The translations under genes and the position numbers were made by a program. The notes beneath the pieces are model-generated. The model saw only the letters and a list, made by a program, of their open reading frames with translations. It had not been told where the DNA came from and made no database searches. This document shows positions 26,304-36,147 of a stretch of DNA of 64,000 nt, piece by piece; position 1 is the stretch's first letter, and every line of letters starts with the position of its first letter. This DNA comes from Spirochaetales bacterium (GTDB lineage: Bacteria > Spirochaetota > Spirochaetia > JABEVK01): positions 1 to 64,000 of the forward strand of contig JBAXAI010000009.1 of NCBI GenBank assembly GCA_037142615.1, read 5' to 3'.

Positions 26304-27293
26304 TCAGGGGGCCAAAACCCCGTAGGGCACGTACACCAGTCCGGCAGCGCCGACGAAGCCGCGGGCGCGGGTTTCCCAACTGAGGGCATAGCCGCGAGCA
26401 AGCGCAAGGACGTGGGTGTAGCGCCCGGCAGCGCCAATCTCGGGCAGGTGGTACAGGCGCGAGTCGCCCCCGGGCAAACCAGTCGCCGCCCAGCCTTGGG
26501 CCGTCAACAACAACCGGTGGTCGCCATTCTGCGCCCAGAGGACGTCTACGGCACCCAGTCGTGCGGCCAAGCGCTGCGAAAGGGCTTCGAACCCGGCCGG
26601 AGGAGGCAATAGCTCGGGCCCCACGGTCGATGGGAGCGAGGTTTCTGTCCCCGTGGCCAGATCCAAACGCGTCACTTGCGCGGCAGCGTCGTCCTGGGTC
26701 GGGATCTTCCACTCAAAATCGACGGTGGCAGGAGTTCGGGAGGCCCCGGAGGCATCGACACGAACCGCTTGGCGCTGGGTGTCGAAACTCTGGCTGAGGA
26801 CCGGGTAGAAGGCCAGCCGATCGTTGCCCTCGGACCACCAAGCCAGAGTCACCGAGGGAAGGGCCGGGGTCGCCAAGACGGCCTGTGTCTCGCGGTAGAG
26901 TGTAACAAAGGTCTTCCGGTCCCAGCGAAAAATGACTCCGGTCCGGTAGTCCTTCAGGTTGGGGTCAGAAGCGGGCTTGAGAAACGTCAACAACCCCGAA
27001 CTGTCATCAAGAATCAGCAAGCCAAGCCCCGACACGGCAAGGGCCCCAAGACCGCTGTCGGTGGCCTCCAGGTCGGTGGCCAGGATGGCGGCCGGAGCGG
27101 GCTTCCAAACGACCTGGAGGGGCTGGTCAAAACCGGCCAGCGGCTGAACCCCCGTCGCCGAGGCGGGGTCGAACACGTACCACGACACCTTGTTTTGGAA
27201 GAACGCCGCGTTGACGGCCTTTTCGTCGGCGCACGACACCAGCAGAAGCAACCCGGCGAGAAGGATCCAGACTGTTCGCGACCGCGTGTTCAT
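26304..27293 (-). CDS. Hypothetical lipoprotein
   Basis: MNTRSRTVWILLAGLLLLVSC lipobox; GGGAGG SD directly after proS. Confidence 0.7.
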   Translation of the reverse strand: MNTRSRTVWILLAGLLLLVSCADEKAVNAAFFQNKVSWYVFDPASATGVQPLAGFDQPLQVVWKPAPAAILATDLEATDSGLGALAVSGLGLLILDDSSGLLTFLKPASDPNLKDYRTGVIFRWDRKTFVTLYRETQAVLATPALPSVTLAWWSEGNDRLAFYPVLSQSFDTQRQAVRVDASGASRTPATVDFEWKIPTQDDAAAQVTRLDLATGTETSLPSTVGPELLPPPAGFEALSQRLAARLGAVDVLWAQNGDHRLLLTAQGWAATGLPGGDSRLYHLPEIGAAGRYTHVLALARGYALSWETRARGFVGAAGLVYVPYGVLAP

Positions 27294-27306
27294 GCGCCCT
27301 CCCCGG

Positions 27307-28743
27307 CTAGTAGCTCTTGGCCCAGATGGCCCAGTGCTTGCCGGGCGCGCCGCACTTGAGGCACGGCTTGTCGACCGGTTTGGTCTTGAGCGCAAACGGC
27401 AGGTTGCGAATCGTGGCCTTGGTGGCTTCTTTCACTTCGGCCTCGCATTTCGCGCCGCCGCACCAGGCAGCTTCGACGAAGCCGGCGTCGCCCTTCATCA
27501 GTTCGGTGAACTCGGCCCAGGTGCTGAGCTGGTAAGTGTGGTCGAGGCGGTTCTGCAAGGCGCGGTCATAGAGGTTCTTCTGGATCAAGACAAGCAGTTC
27601 CTTCACCTTGGCCGGGATGTCGGCCTTGGCGACGAAAAGCTTTTCGCCGGTATCGCGGCGCACCAAAACAGCTTGGCCGTTCTGCATGTCCTTGGGGCCG
27701 GCCTCGATTCGAACGGGCACGCCGACCATTTCCCACTCGGCAAACTTCCAGCCCGACGACTGGGTCTCGTCGAGGTCGGTGACGACTTTGACGCCGGCAG
27801 TCTTGAGCTCATCACCGATGGACTGGGCGTAGGCGATCACCTCGGCGCTGTTGTCCTTTCGCAAAATGGGGATGACCACGGCCTCGGTGGCGGCCAACTT
27901 GGGCGGAACCACCAGGCCCTTGTCGTCGCTGTGGGTCATGATGAGCGCGCCGATAAGCCGCGTCGAGACTCCCCAACTGGTAGCCCACACGTGTTCGAGC
28001 GAGCCTTCCTTGGTTTGGAACTTCACGTCAAAGGCCTTGGCGAAGTTCTGGCCTAGGTTGTGGCTCGTGCCGGCCTGCAACGCCTTGCGGTCCTGCATCA
28101 GCGCCTCGATGGAATAGGTGGTGACGGCTCCGGCGAACTTCTCGCTGGCCGATTTTTCGCCCTCGAGCACGGGGATGGCCATGTAGTCTTCCACAAACGT
28201 CTTGTAGACACCCAGCATCTTCAGAGTTTCTTCCTGAGCCTCATCGGCGGTGGCGTGCGCGGTGTGCCCTTCCTGCCACAGAAACTCGGTGGTGCGCAAA
28301 AACAGGCGGGTGCGTTTTTCCCAGCGCACGACGTTGGCCCACTGATTGATCAGCAAAGGAAGGTCGCGGTAGCTCTGGATCCAGTTCTTGTAGGTCGACC
28401 AGATGATGGTTTCGCTGGTGGGGCGGATGACCAGCGGTTCTTCGAGCTTTTCGCCGCCGGCGTGGGTGACGACGGCCAACTCGGGGCTGAAGCCCTCAAC
28501 GTGCTCAGCTTCTTTTTTGAGAAAGCTTTCGGGGATGAGCATGGGAAAATAGGCATTGGAGTGCCCCGTGTCTTTGAACATGCCATCGAGCACCTTCTGC
28601 ACATTTTCCCATAGGGCATAGCCGCGAGGCCGGATGACCATGCACCCTTTAACGGGGGAGTAGTCGGCCAGCTTGGCGTTGATGACGATGTCGATGTACC
28701 ACTGCGAATAGTCGGTGGCGCGGGGCGTGATTTTTTCGGCCAT
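27307..28743 (-). CDS. proS: Prolyl-tRNA synthetase (archaeal/eukaryote type)
   Basis: [40 protein letters not shown]-terminal AKSY. Confidence 0.97.
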   Translation of the reverse strand: MAEKITPRATDYSQWYIDIVINAKLADYSPVKGCMVIRPRGYALWENVQKVLDGMFKDTGHSNAYFPMLIPESFLKKEAEHVEGFSPELAVVTHAGGEKLEEPLVIRPTSETIIWSTYKNWIQSYRDLPLLINQWANVVRWEKRTRLFLRTTEFLWQEGHTAHATADEAQEETLKMLGVYKTFVEDYMAIPVLEGEKSASEKFAGAVTTYSIEALMQDRKALQAGTSHNLGQNFAKAFDVKFQTKEGSLEHVWATSWGVSTRLIGALIMTHSDDKGLVVPPKLAATEAVVIPILRKDNSAEVIAYAQSIGDELKTAGVKVVTDLDETQSSGWKFAEWEMVGVPVRIEAGPKDMQNGQAVLVRRDTGEKLFVAKADIPAKVKELLVLIQKNLYDRALQNRLDHTYQLSTWAEFTELMKGDAGFVEAAWCGGAKCEAEVKEATKATIRNLPFALKTKPVDKPCLKCGAPGKHWAIWAKSY

Positions 28744-28769
28744 AATAGGCCGAGCGTATCAGATTCGGC

Positions 28770-29480
28770 CTAGAACGTCAAAGTTTCGACCATGCTGCGC
28801 AGGTTGATTCCACCCTTGCCGTCGCTTTCTTCTTTCTCGACGACCAGCACGATCGCGCGCTCGCTGGGCGTGAGAATCATCTGAACCACCGTGTAGTTCT
28901 GCACACCCTTGCGCACCACGTTGGGGTGTCCGATCTGATAACTCCCGAGCACCTTGCCGGTCTTGTCCTTGACTTCGAGGCCAATGTGGAACGACGAAGA
29001 AGTGGATGTGCCGACGGTGTTGACCATCTTCTGCAGGGCCACGGTGTAGGTTTTGCCCGTCTTGTAGTCGAGCACCTGGAAGTTGTCGTAGTCCGCGGGT
29101 GCGGCCTCGCCAGTCACGCGGAAGTAGATGGGGCGGCCCTGCTGCAGGTAGTCGAGCTTGAGGCCCTTGCGTTGCACCGTGATCGAATCCAGGTGGGCCA
29201 ACAGGGCTTTGAGGCCGTCATCGCCCAAAGTGGCTCCCACAGGGTAGAGCGACTTCGTCATCCCGGCAGGCGTGAATTGGTTTCGAAGCACGTCGACCGT
29301 GTCGACTTGCACCCAGGGGTTCTGGGTTGTGCCATCGAGGCCGTACTGCGCAAACTGGAAATACCGACTGTCCGGCGAGAAGCCGAGGTTGCGGAACACC
29401 GCGACGTCACCAGCCCAAAGGGCCACCGCACCGCACATCATCAAGATGGCGGTCAAACTCGCCTTAACGCTCTTCTTCAT
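28770..29480 (-). CDS. DUF2259-family exported protein
   Basis: Signal peptide followed by GDVAVFRNLGFSPDSRYFQFAQYG; ends RSMVET. Confidence 0.75.
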   Translation of the reverse strand: MKKSVKASLTAILMMCGAVALWAGDVAVFRNLGFSPDSRYFQFAQYGLDGTTQNPWVQVDTVDVLRNQFTPAGMTKSLYPVGATLGDDGLKALLAHLDSITVQRKGLKLDYLQQGRPIYFRVTGEAAPADYDNFQVLDYKTGKTYTVALQKMVNTVGTSTSSSFHIGLEVKDKTGKVLGSYQIGHPNVVRKGVQNYTVVQMILTPSERAIVLVVEKEESDGKGGINLRSMVETLTF

Positions 29481-29553
29481 CGCTGCCCCTCCGGTTCTTC
29501 CCTTCCAATATCGAAGCCTTTTTTTTATTCCTGAAATGTTTTTTAATGACGCT

Positions 29554-30327
29554 ATGACCATCACCTTCCGGAATCGGCTGCTGACGTTGCTTTTGATTGT
29601 AACGTTCTTGCTGGCCGGGAGCTACCTGGCGGCCAGTTATCTGGCAGCGGTGGTGCTCCAACTGCCGGAACAGGAGTTGCTCACGGTGCTCGATGCGGGA
29701 CCCTCGGTTGTCGTGGGTCTGGCGGGGGTCATTTGGTTGAGGCGGGTGTATCGCAAGACCAGTGCCCCGACAGTCTTTTTTTTCACCGTCTTTTTGTTTT
29801 GCGTGACTGCCGACGGCCTGCGGGTGGCGCAGGTGTTCCTGACACTAGCGCGGGAACCTTTTTCGTTCGGTCTGCTGGTCACCAAGACGGTGTGGGCGTT
29901 GCGCCTTGGCTCGCTGTTCAGTCTGTTGTTTGCCAGCCTGTTCCTCCTCGACTTTAGCTACGAGGGCTACGGGACGCTGTTGCTGGCCGGTACGGCGGCG
30001 TGCGTGCTGCTGGTCGTGGGCTTGCCACTGCAATCCAGCCTGCCCGATGCCCACGGGTTGTATCCGCTGGGCGACACGCTGGGGCTCGCGCTGTTCTTCG
30101 GTTTGATTTTGCTGGTGGCTACCGCCAACCACGCGTTGGCCTGGTGGAAGGACCACCGAAGCGAAGCCTCGGCTGATGCCGGACGGCGCATCCCCCTGCT
30201 CATGGTGGTGTGGGTTCTCGTAGCTGGCGGATGGCTTGGTGGATTGCTTTGGAATCCCTGGTGGCTCACGCTGATGGCACCGGGCATCGTGCTTTTGGGT
30301 CAGCAGGCCCGCGATACCCTGTTGTAG
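29554..30327 (+). CDS. Hypothetical polytopic membrane protein
   Basis: About seven hydrophobic segments; start placed at MTITFRNR. Confidence 0.65.
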   Translation: MTITFRNRLLTLLLIVTFLLAGSYLAASYLAAVVLQLPEQELLTVLDAGPSVVVGLAGVIWLRRVYRKTSAPTVFFFTVFLFCVTADGLRVAQVFLTLAREPFSFGLLVTKTVWALRLGSLFSLLFASLFLLDFSYEGYGTLLLAGTAACVLLVVGLPLQSSLPDAHGLYPLGDTLGLALFFGLILLVATANHALAWWKDHRSEASADAGRRIPLLMVVWVLVAGGWLGGLLWNPWWLTLMAPGIVLLGQQARDTLL

Positions 30328-30337
30328 CGAAGTGTGT

Positions 30338-30949
30338 TCAGACGGGAACGAGCGTGGCAAAAACCAAGGCTGTCCCCAAGGGAATGACCAGGTTGTCGAG
30401 ATCTTCGAGGGGAAGGGCTTCCAGAGCTGTGCCGCAAACGGCCACGGTCAGGGCGATGCGGACATCGGGTTTAGCCAAGTAGGCCGCGACGAAAATTGCC
30501 AGAAACGCTGTAAGGCTGCCTTCGAGAGTCTTGCCACCGGTAAAGGGCAACTTGATCCGCCCGAACAGTTTTCCGACCAGGCTGGAAAGGCCGTCTCCAA
30601 AAGCAAGGGCATAGATGCCCACCGTGGCGGCGGGTTCCGGATACAGCATGAGGCACAGAAGCGCACCCAAACCGAGGGTAATGGGACCCATGACCGCCTT
30701 GTTGTGGTCGCGCTTGCGGCTGGCCAAGCGGGTAACCGAGGTCACAAAGCCCAGCGACTTGCCCTGAAGCCGAAGCGATTCGGCCCAGCTGTAGACCACG
30801 ATGCCGGCAGAAAGCAGACCCATGGTGGCCAGCAGATTCAAGTTAGCCAGAAGCGGAGTCATGCCGATCATGAGGTGGATGCTCTTGCGGAGGACTTCGG
30901 TCCGGATTTCGTCGGAACGGCTGGCAAATGTAATGGAAACAGCAACCAT
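30338..30949 (-). CDS. Diacylglycerol/polyprenol (dolichol/phytol) kinase, cytidylyltransferase family
   Basis: RKSIH, LAFGDGLSSLVGKLFG, KTLEGS, DLDNLVIP; start uncertain (30949 or 30982). Confidence 0.85.
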   Translation of the reverse strand: MVAVSITFASRSDEIRTEVLRKSIHLMIGMTPLLANLNLLATMGLLSAGIVVYSWAESLRLQGKSLGFVTSVTRLASRKRDHNKAVMGPITLGLGALLCLMLYPEPAATVGIYALAFGDGLSSLVGKLFGRIKLPFTGGKTLEGSLTAFLAIFVAAYLAKPDVRIALTVAVCGTALEALPLEDLDNLVIPLGTALVFATLVPV

Positions 30950-31167
30950 AGAAAACCTCGCCAACTTGTGAGCAAGATTCATGCCACGGAAGCAAGTGCT
31001 CTGGGCTTTGCTCTCAAATCCTTTCTGGCAAGAGAGATAAAACAATGACCCAATTCCGTGGATCGCGAATGGGCTCAAACAGGCGCAAAAGTGTCTGCTT
31101 TTCCTGACACCCACCATCCTTTTTGGACTGTCCACGAAGTAGCCTTTGGGATTACTCTCCAAAGACG

Positions 31168-32067
31168 ATGAAGCTGCACAACCTTTTGCACGAAAACCTC
31201 ATCCTTCTTGATCGGCCTGCCGCCACCAAAGAGGAGGCGGTGAGGCTGCTGCTCAGGGCTATCCTCAACCACTACCCCTTCCAACTGAATATGGATGAAC
31301 TACTGGCGGCCGTGATGCACCGGGAAACCCTGGGGGGAACCTCGTTCCCGACGGGAATCGCCGTGCCCCACGCCCGGCTGGACTCTCTCAACGACATCGT
31401 GGTGGCAATTCTGCGGCCCTCACAGCCCATTCCGGACCCTGTAGCACCCGTCAGGCTGGTCGTGCTGATGCTGACCTCGCAAAGCAAGCCGTCGCTGTAC
31501 CTGAACAGCCTGAGTTCGGTGCTGAAGTTCTCCCAGAAAACAGAGCCCTTCGCCCAAGTGCTGGCAACGCCTCACCCCAAGGCCGTGATCGACCAGATTG
31601 CCGCGCTCGACTATTCGCTGGTCAAGGTGGTCACCGTTGACGACCTGATGCAGACCCAGGCCATCACCGTTCAGCCCGAAAACACCTGGGGTGAACTGAT
31701 GGACGTGTTTCACGAGCATCACCTGAGTTATGCCCCGGTGGTCGATGGCGAAGGCCTCATCCTGGGCGAAGTAACGCTGTCGGAATTGATGAAAGCCGGC
31801 TTTCCCGATTACACGGCGCAGATGGGAAACCTGAAGTTTCTCAAAACCTTCGAGCCGTTTGAGAACCTGTTGGCCCGCGAGTCGACCTCGCTGGTCAAGG
31901 ATCTGATGAAGCCGCTCGCGTTCAGTTGCGACCCGTCGGCTCCCGTCGTTGAGTTGTGTTTTGAGCTCATCCAAAAAGGCCGGCGTCACTGCCCGGTCAT
32001 CAAGGGGCGCCGCCTCGTCGGGGTGGTCAGCATCATGGATATTCTCGACAAAGTGATGAGGGGCTAA
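31168..32067 (+). CDS. PTS EIIA-like domain plus tandem CBS domains
   Basis: RETLGGTSFPTGIAVPHAR (EIIA His motif); APVVDGEG...GEVT and CPVIKGRRLVGVVSIMDI. Confidence 0.85.
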   Translation: MKLHNLLHENLILLDRPAATKEEAVRLLLRAILNHYPFQLNMDELLAAVMHRETLGGTSFPTGIAVPHARLDSLNDIVVAILRPSQPIPDPVAPVRLVVLMLTSQSKPSLYLNSLSSVLKFSQKTEPFAQVLATPHPKAVIDQIAALDYSLVKVVTVDDLMQTQAITVQPENTWGELMDVFHEHHLSYAPVVDGEGLILGEVTLSELMKAGFPDYTAQMGNLKFLKTFEPFENLLARESTSLVKDLMKPLAFSCDPSAPVVELCFELIQKGRRHCPVIKGRRLVGVVSIMDILDKVMRG

Positions 32068-32068
32068 C

Positions 32069-33307
32069 ATGGATACCGTGCAAGTTCTTACCCTGGCAGG
32101 GTTTTTGACAACCTTGGTTCTGATCACCGTTTGGAAAGAGGCCCGAACGGCGCTGGTGCTCTGCGGCGCCGTGTTTGTGGCGGTCTTGCACCCATCGACA
32201 GCCTTGAGCCATATCGACATTGGGGTCTTGGGCCTGTGGCTGGGCATGCTTGTGCTGGCAGGGGCCCTGCGGCAAACGGGCCTGTCGCAGTACTTGGCGT
32301 TGTGGTCAGCCAAGGCGGTGCGCGGAAATCCCGTGGCGATTTTGCTGGTCTACGCCGCGCTGGCACTGCTGTTCTCGGCCGTCGTGGGGAGTGTGCCCGC
32401 GATGTTCCTGATGGTACCGGTTTCGCTTCTGGTAGCGGTTGAGCTCGACATTTCGCCGCTTCCCTTTGTGATCGGCGAAGCGGTGGCGGCGGGCTTGGGC
32501 GGCGCCCTGACTCTGGTGGGTGACCCGGCCTCGATGGTGGTCGCCTCGACCTTCGGGGTGGACTACACCACTTACCTGAGTTCTGTCGCGCCGGTGCTGG
32601 GCCTCACCGCTGTGTTCTTTTTTGGCACCCTCGTGCTCGTGTTTCGCTCCAGCCTCAAGGTGACCAATGAGCGGAAGGCCCGGATCCTTGACTTTGACGC
32701 CAGCCGTTCCCGTCCTGATCAAGCGCTCCTGACACCGGTGCTCGGCGTGTTGGTGCTAACTCTGGTCGGACTGGTTGTCGCGGGCTGGTTTCAGGTGCCG
32801 GTGGCGTTGGTGGCCCTCGGTGGTGCGGGACTCCTTTTGTTGCTGACCGGACCCAAGGATGCCTTGAAACATTTGGGAGAGGCCGACTGGAACGCCCTGG
32901 TGTTCGTGGCGGGCCTGTTCCTGCTGGTGGGTGGCCTGCTCGACTCCGGCGTTCTTGGTGTGCTGTTGCCGGCCCTGGCCCTCTTCCCTGTTCCGCTGCT
33001 TTGGTTTTCGGGCCTTTTGGCGGCTCTGGTCGATAACGTGACGGCGGTCACGGTGCTGGCGCCCTTGGTCCAGTCGCTGGCAGGGGCCCCGGTGTCGCCT
33101 GTGCCGGTTTGGCTCCCGCTCGTCCTGGGTGGAGCCTTGGGAGGTTCGGCAACGCTCTTTGGGGCCTGGGCGAACATCGCCGCCGCTGGCATTGCGGGCA
33201 AGAGTGGCTACAAGCTGAAGTTCTGGACCTTCACCCGCTACACTCTGTTGCTGTCCATCGTCAACTTGCTGGTGGCGAGCGTGGTATTGCTGATTCCCGG
33301 CTTGTAG
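32069..33307 (+). CDS. ArsB/NhaD/SLC13-family ion transporter
   Basis: LGGALTLVGDP, DWNALVFVAGLF, LVDNV, LGGSATLFGAWAN. Confidence 0.85.
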   Translation: MDTVQVLTLAGFLTTLVLITVWKEARTALVLCGAVFVAVLHPSTALSHIDIGVLGLWLGMLVLAGALRQTGLSQYLALWSAKAVRGNPVAILLVYAALALLFSAVVGSVPAMFLMVPVSLLVAVELDISPLPFVIGEAVAAGLGGALTLVGDPASMVVASTFGVDYTTYLSSVAPVLGLTAVFFFGTLVLVFRSSLKVTNERKARILDFDASRSRPDQALLTPVLGVLVLTLVGLVVAGWFQVPVALVALGGAGLLLLLTGPKDALKHLGEADWNALVFVAGLFLLVGGLLDSGVLGVLLPALALFPVPLLWFSGLLAALVDNVTAVTVLAPLVQSLAGAPVSPVPVWLPLVLGGALGGSATLFGAWANIAAAGIAGKSGYKLKFWTFTRYTLLLSIVNLLVASVVLLIPGL

Positions 33308-33972
33308 TCTGCAGGAACTTCGGCGGTCCACCGGTACAAGGTGTGAGCGCTAGCCAGGTATTTTTTTTCGAAAAGTGTCTCGGGCACTTCGGGGTTCCAG
33401 GTCTCGACGGCGCGTTCGACACCGGTCAGCACGGCAAACGCCTGCGCCATTTCGGCGGCGTAGACGGCCCAATTGGTGCGGAGCTCCCAAACGCCGCCGG
33501 TCTGCAGGGCAACCGGAAAGACCGGGTGAAAGGGCCAGCGCCGCAGTCGGTGCTCGGGCTTGGGCCACGGATTGGGGTAGTAGAAAGCTTGGTAGACAAA
33601 GGTCCAGCCTGCGGCTAGCGCCAGCGGCCAAAAGTCTTCCAAGTCGAGCCTCTGCAACACGTAACGGCCCCCGACTTCATTGCGGGGCAACAGGTGAAGG
33701 CCCAACCGGCGAGCAGACTTGTCGAGGCCCAGAACGAGCGCCTCGGGAAACCGGCGTGATAGCGCCAGGGTGCTCAGGCCCGTGCCGCAACCGGTGTCGA
33801 GCACCAGCGGCCCGCCCCAGGCCTCGACGACGGTTTCGAGTTCGCGGAAGGACGCAAGGTTGTGGGCGGCCACCGGACGCTTCCAAGGCTGGCTAGCGTG
33901 CTTGAGGACAGTTTCGTTGAGTCGGGGATGCGGCGCTGTTTGGCGGCTGGTCACCGGCGACGAAGGATTCAC
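33238..33972 (-). CDS. TrmB-like SAM-dependent methyltransferase
   Basis: LDTGCGTG, LGLDKS, YPNPWPK...RRW, ELRTNW, TLFEKKY. Confidence 0.8.
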   Translation of the reverse strand: MNPSSPVTSRQTAPHPRLNETVLKHASQPWKRPVAAHNLASFRELETVVEAWGGPLVLDTGCGTGLSTLALSRRFPEALVLGLDKSARRLGLHLLPRNEVGGRYVLQRLDLEDFWPLALAAGWTFVYQAFYYPNPWPKPEHRLRRWPFHPVFPVALQTGGVWELRTNWAVYAAEMAQAFAVLTGVERAVETWNPEVPETLFEKKYLASAHTLYRWTAEVPADYKPGISNTTLATSKLTMDSNRV

Positions 33973-34038
33973 ACGCTCAGTCTGGCGCCGTCAAGACCAA
34001 AAGGCAAGTCCAGACTATACTTCGAGGTGAGGAACCCC

Positions 34039-34533
34039 ATGCCCCTGTTTATTTTGCCTCTGGCTCTGCTCAGTCTGCTGACGTTTCAAGCCTCGACCCC
34101 GGGTCCTTCGGGAGAGGGGGCCTTGGCCGGCGACACCCTCATCCAACTGGCTGATGGCACCGCGAAGGCGGCCTCCGACTTGGTTGCGGGCGACCTTTTG
34201 CAAGGCTGGAAGAACGGAAAAGGCCCGGTTTCTGTGGTTCTTAAGGCTGTGGTGCGACTCAATGCCAACGCCTACCAGGCGGTGAGAACAGCGCAGGGAA
34301 CACTCCGAGCCAGCGGCAACCTCTGGGTTGCCACAGCAAGCGGCGGGTTGGTCAAACTATCGGCACTCGCCGGCCAGGGCCCCGCAGGCGACCTGGTGGG
34401 GCTGGCCACCAAGGGCACGCAGTCGATCCCGGTGCTCGGCAAACGGGAATACCCGTCCAACCTTCCGCTGTTCAACCTGGAACTCGCCGCACCGGGATTG
34501 TTCGTGGCCGGTGGCGTGCTCGTCCACGACTAG
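34039..34533 (+). CDS. Exported stand-alone Hint (intein/Hedgehog-fold) protein with substituted catalytic residues
   Basis: Signal peptide; block A ALAGDTLIQLADG, block B LRASGNLWV, block F LFNLEL...LFVAGG, block G VLVHD-stop; TATACT -10 and GAGG SD. Confidence 0.75.
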   Translation: MPLFILPLALLSLLTFQASTPGPSGEGALAGDTLIQLADGTAKAASDLVAGDLLQGWKNGKGPVSVVLKAVVRLNANAYQAVRTAQGTLRASGNLWVATASGGLVKLSALAGQGPAGDLVGLATKGTQSIPVLGKREYPSNLPLFNLELAAPGLFVAGGVLVHD

Positions 34534-34585
34534 AAGCGCGCTTTCGGACTAGCGCAAACGGTGGGTCCAGTGCGATTCTTGAAGA

Positions 34586-35959
34586 ATGCCGCTCGACAGC
34601 GTCACCGTCATCACTTTCTCGCTCGTGGTCGCGCTCGTCCTGAGCCTCTTTAGCTGGTCCTTGGTCTTGAGTCCACGGTCGCCCCGCTGGCGCGTGTCGT
34701 GGGCCTGCGCCAACACCAGCCTGACGCTTGGAGTATTCCTGTTGCTGGGTCAGGACTCGATCACCGCCTGGCTGTCGATCGTGTTGGCCAACGGGCTCAT
34801 CGTTGCTGGCTTCGTCCTGCTGGAAGCGGGTCTCCGCAGATTTGCGGAAAAGCCTTTCGAGCCCTGGTATCTGTGGGTCTTCTTCGGTGTGCTGTTCGCC
34901 GGTTTTGTCGTGTTGACGTTCGGTTGGTATTCCCTCGTGCTGCGGACCGTCTTCCATGCAGGGCTTGTGCTCTTAACCGTGGTCCGAATGCTTGTGCTGA
35001 CCAGAACCGGACTGGCACAGGATCGAAGGCACAACCCCTGGATGCTACGGTTTTTTGAGGGCGTACTCGTTGCAGTGGCCCTTTCGTACGTGGTTCGCCT
35101 TGGATTGGTCTTCGGTGAAAACTCGCGGACCGTGCTTGACCCCAGCAATTCCTTGGCCCTCATCTTTTTGTCGACAACCGTGGGAATGGTAGCGTGGACC
35201 ATGTGTCTGGTGGGCATCGAAGTGTACCGAGGTCAGCGTCTGGTCGAAGTCTCGCTGGCAACCCGCGACACGATGTTTGCACTCATTGCTCACGACCTAA
35301 AAGGACCCGTTGGAAACTTGGCCGCCTTGTTGGAGGTCGCAGGCGAAAAAGGGACCACCGACGAAGAAAAGGCGGCGACGTTGCGCGTGGCAGCCGAGGC
35401 GGCGCGTGAAAGCTACACCCTGCTCGACGACCTGCTGAGCTGGGCGCGTAGCCAGCGGGGTGATCTGGCGCTGACTCCGCAGGTCCTCTCGGTGGAAGGA
35501 CTGCTCCGGGAGTCAATGCACCCCCTGCAAGCCACGGCAAACCGCAAGAACCTGACCCTAACGGTGAAAACCGATCCCGACCTCGTGGTGTGGGGTGATG
35601 ACTCGACTCTCCAGACGGTGCTCAGGAACCTCGTTTCGAACGCCATCAAGTATTCGCCCCGAGGTGGCAGGGTCACGGTCGAGGCCTGGCAGACTGGACG
35701 CTTGGTGGTCGTCCGCGTCCTGGACACCGGGCCCGGTATGTCGGCTCGCGTTTTGGACGAACTTGCCAACGACCGTCAATTGACTCCGGCGCCTGGAAGC
35801 GAAGGTGAGCCGGGGACGGGCCTGGGCCTGAGGCTGTGTCAGGCGTTTGCCCTCGCCAACAAGGGGAGCCTCAAGTTCCGCGCGCTCCGGGAGAACCCGA
35901 ACTCGGGAACCGAGGTGATGCTCACGCTCCCCTTGCCAGACTCAACACTTCGAGACTAG
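34586..35959 (+). CDS. Orphan membrane sensor histidine kinase (about 7 TM, HisKA + HATPase)
   Basis: IAHDLKGP, RNLVSNAIKY, DTGPGM, GTGLGL. Confidence 0.9.
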   Translation: MPLDSVTVITFSLVVALVLSLFSWSLVLSPRSPRWRVSWACANTSLTLGVFLLLGQDSITAWLSIVLANGLIVAGFVLLEAGLRRFAEKPFEPWYLWVFFGVLFAGFVVLTFGWYSLVLRTVFHAGLVLLTVVRMLVLTRTGLAQDRRHNPWMLRFFEGVLVAVALSYVVRLGLVFGENSRTVLDPSNSLALIFLSTTVGMVAWTMCLVGIEVYRGQRLVEVSLATRDTMFALIAHDLKGPVGNLAALLEVAGEKGTTDEEKAATLRVAAEAARESYTLLDDLLSWARSQRGDLALTPQVLSVEGLLRESMHPLQATANRKNLTLTVKTDPDLVVWGDDSTLQTVLRNLVSNAIKYSPRGGRVTVEAWQTGRLVVVRVLDTGPGMSARVLDELANDRQLTPAPGSEGEPGTGLGLRLCQAFALANKGSLKFRALRENPNSGTEVMLTLPLPDSTLRD

Positions 35960-36132
35960 GCGGTAACGTCGACCTTGGTGCCTTGATAGGCCCGCAAAGG
36001 CGCCTTGGCGGGCGAAGCCTCAACGGCTTCGTTGTCGGGGGCAGCCTCGCGGCCTTCACCGGCTTCGACCGGGGCAGGGGTCTGCATCGCCAGCTTTTGT
36101 ACCGACGACGACAGATCCGAAGAAATGTTCAT
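35956..36132 (-). CDS. 58-aa small protein with YjfB-like C-terminal motif
   Basis: Below the ORF-track cutoff. AAGGAG SD; MNISSDLSSSVQKLAMQTPAPVEAGEGREAAPDNEAVEASPAKAPLRAYQGTKVDVTA. Confidence 0.65.
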   Translation of the reverse strand: MNISSDLSSSVQKLAMQTPAPVEAGEGREAAPDNEAVEASPAKAPLRAYQGTKVDVTA

Positions 36133-36147
36133 GGAAACTCCTTGAGG

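Noticed and set aside
30950-31167. c-di-AMP or other riboswitch upstream of the EIIA-CBS/transporter pair
   Set aside because: Only a short GTGTC/GACAC hairpin; no conserved aptamer motifs, and a -10-like TACTCT lies 9 nt before the start.
34120-34530. Active intein or polymorphic-toxin Hint domain
   Set aside because: No Cys/Ser at position 1, no block B His, no terminal Asn, and no C-extein or toxin/immunity gene.
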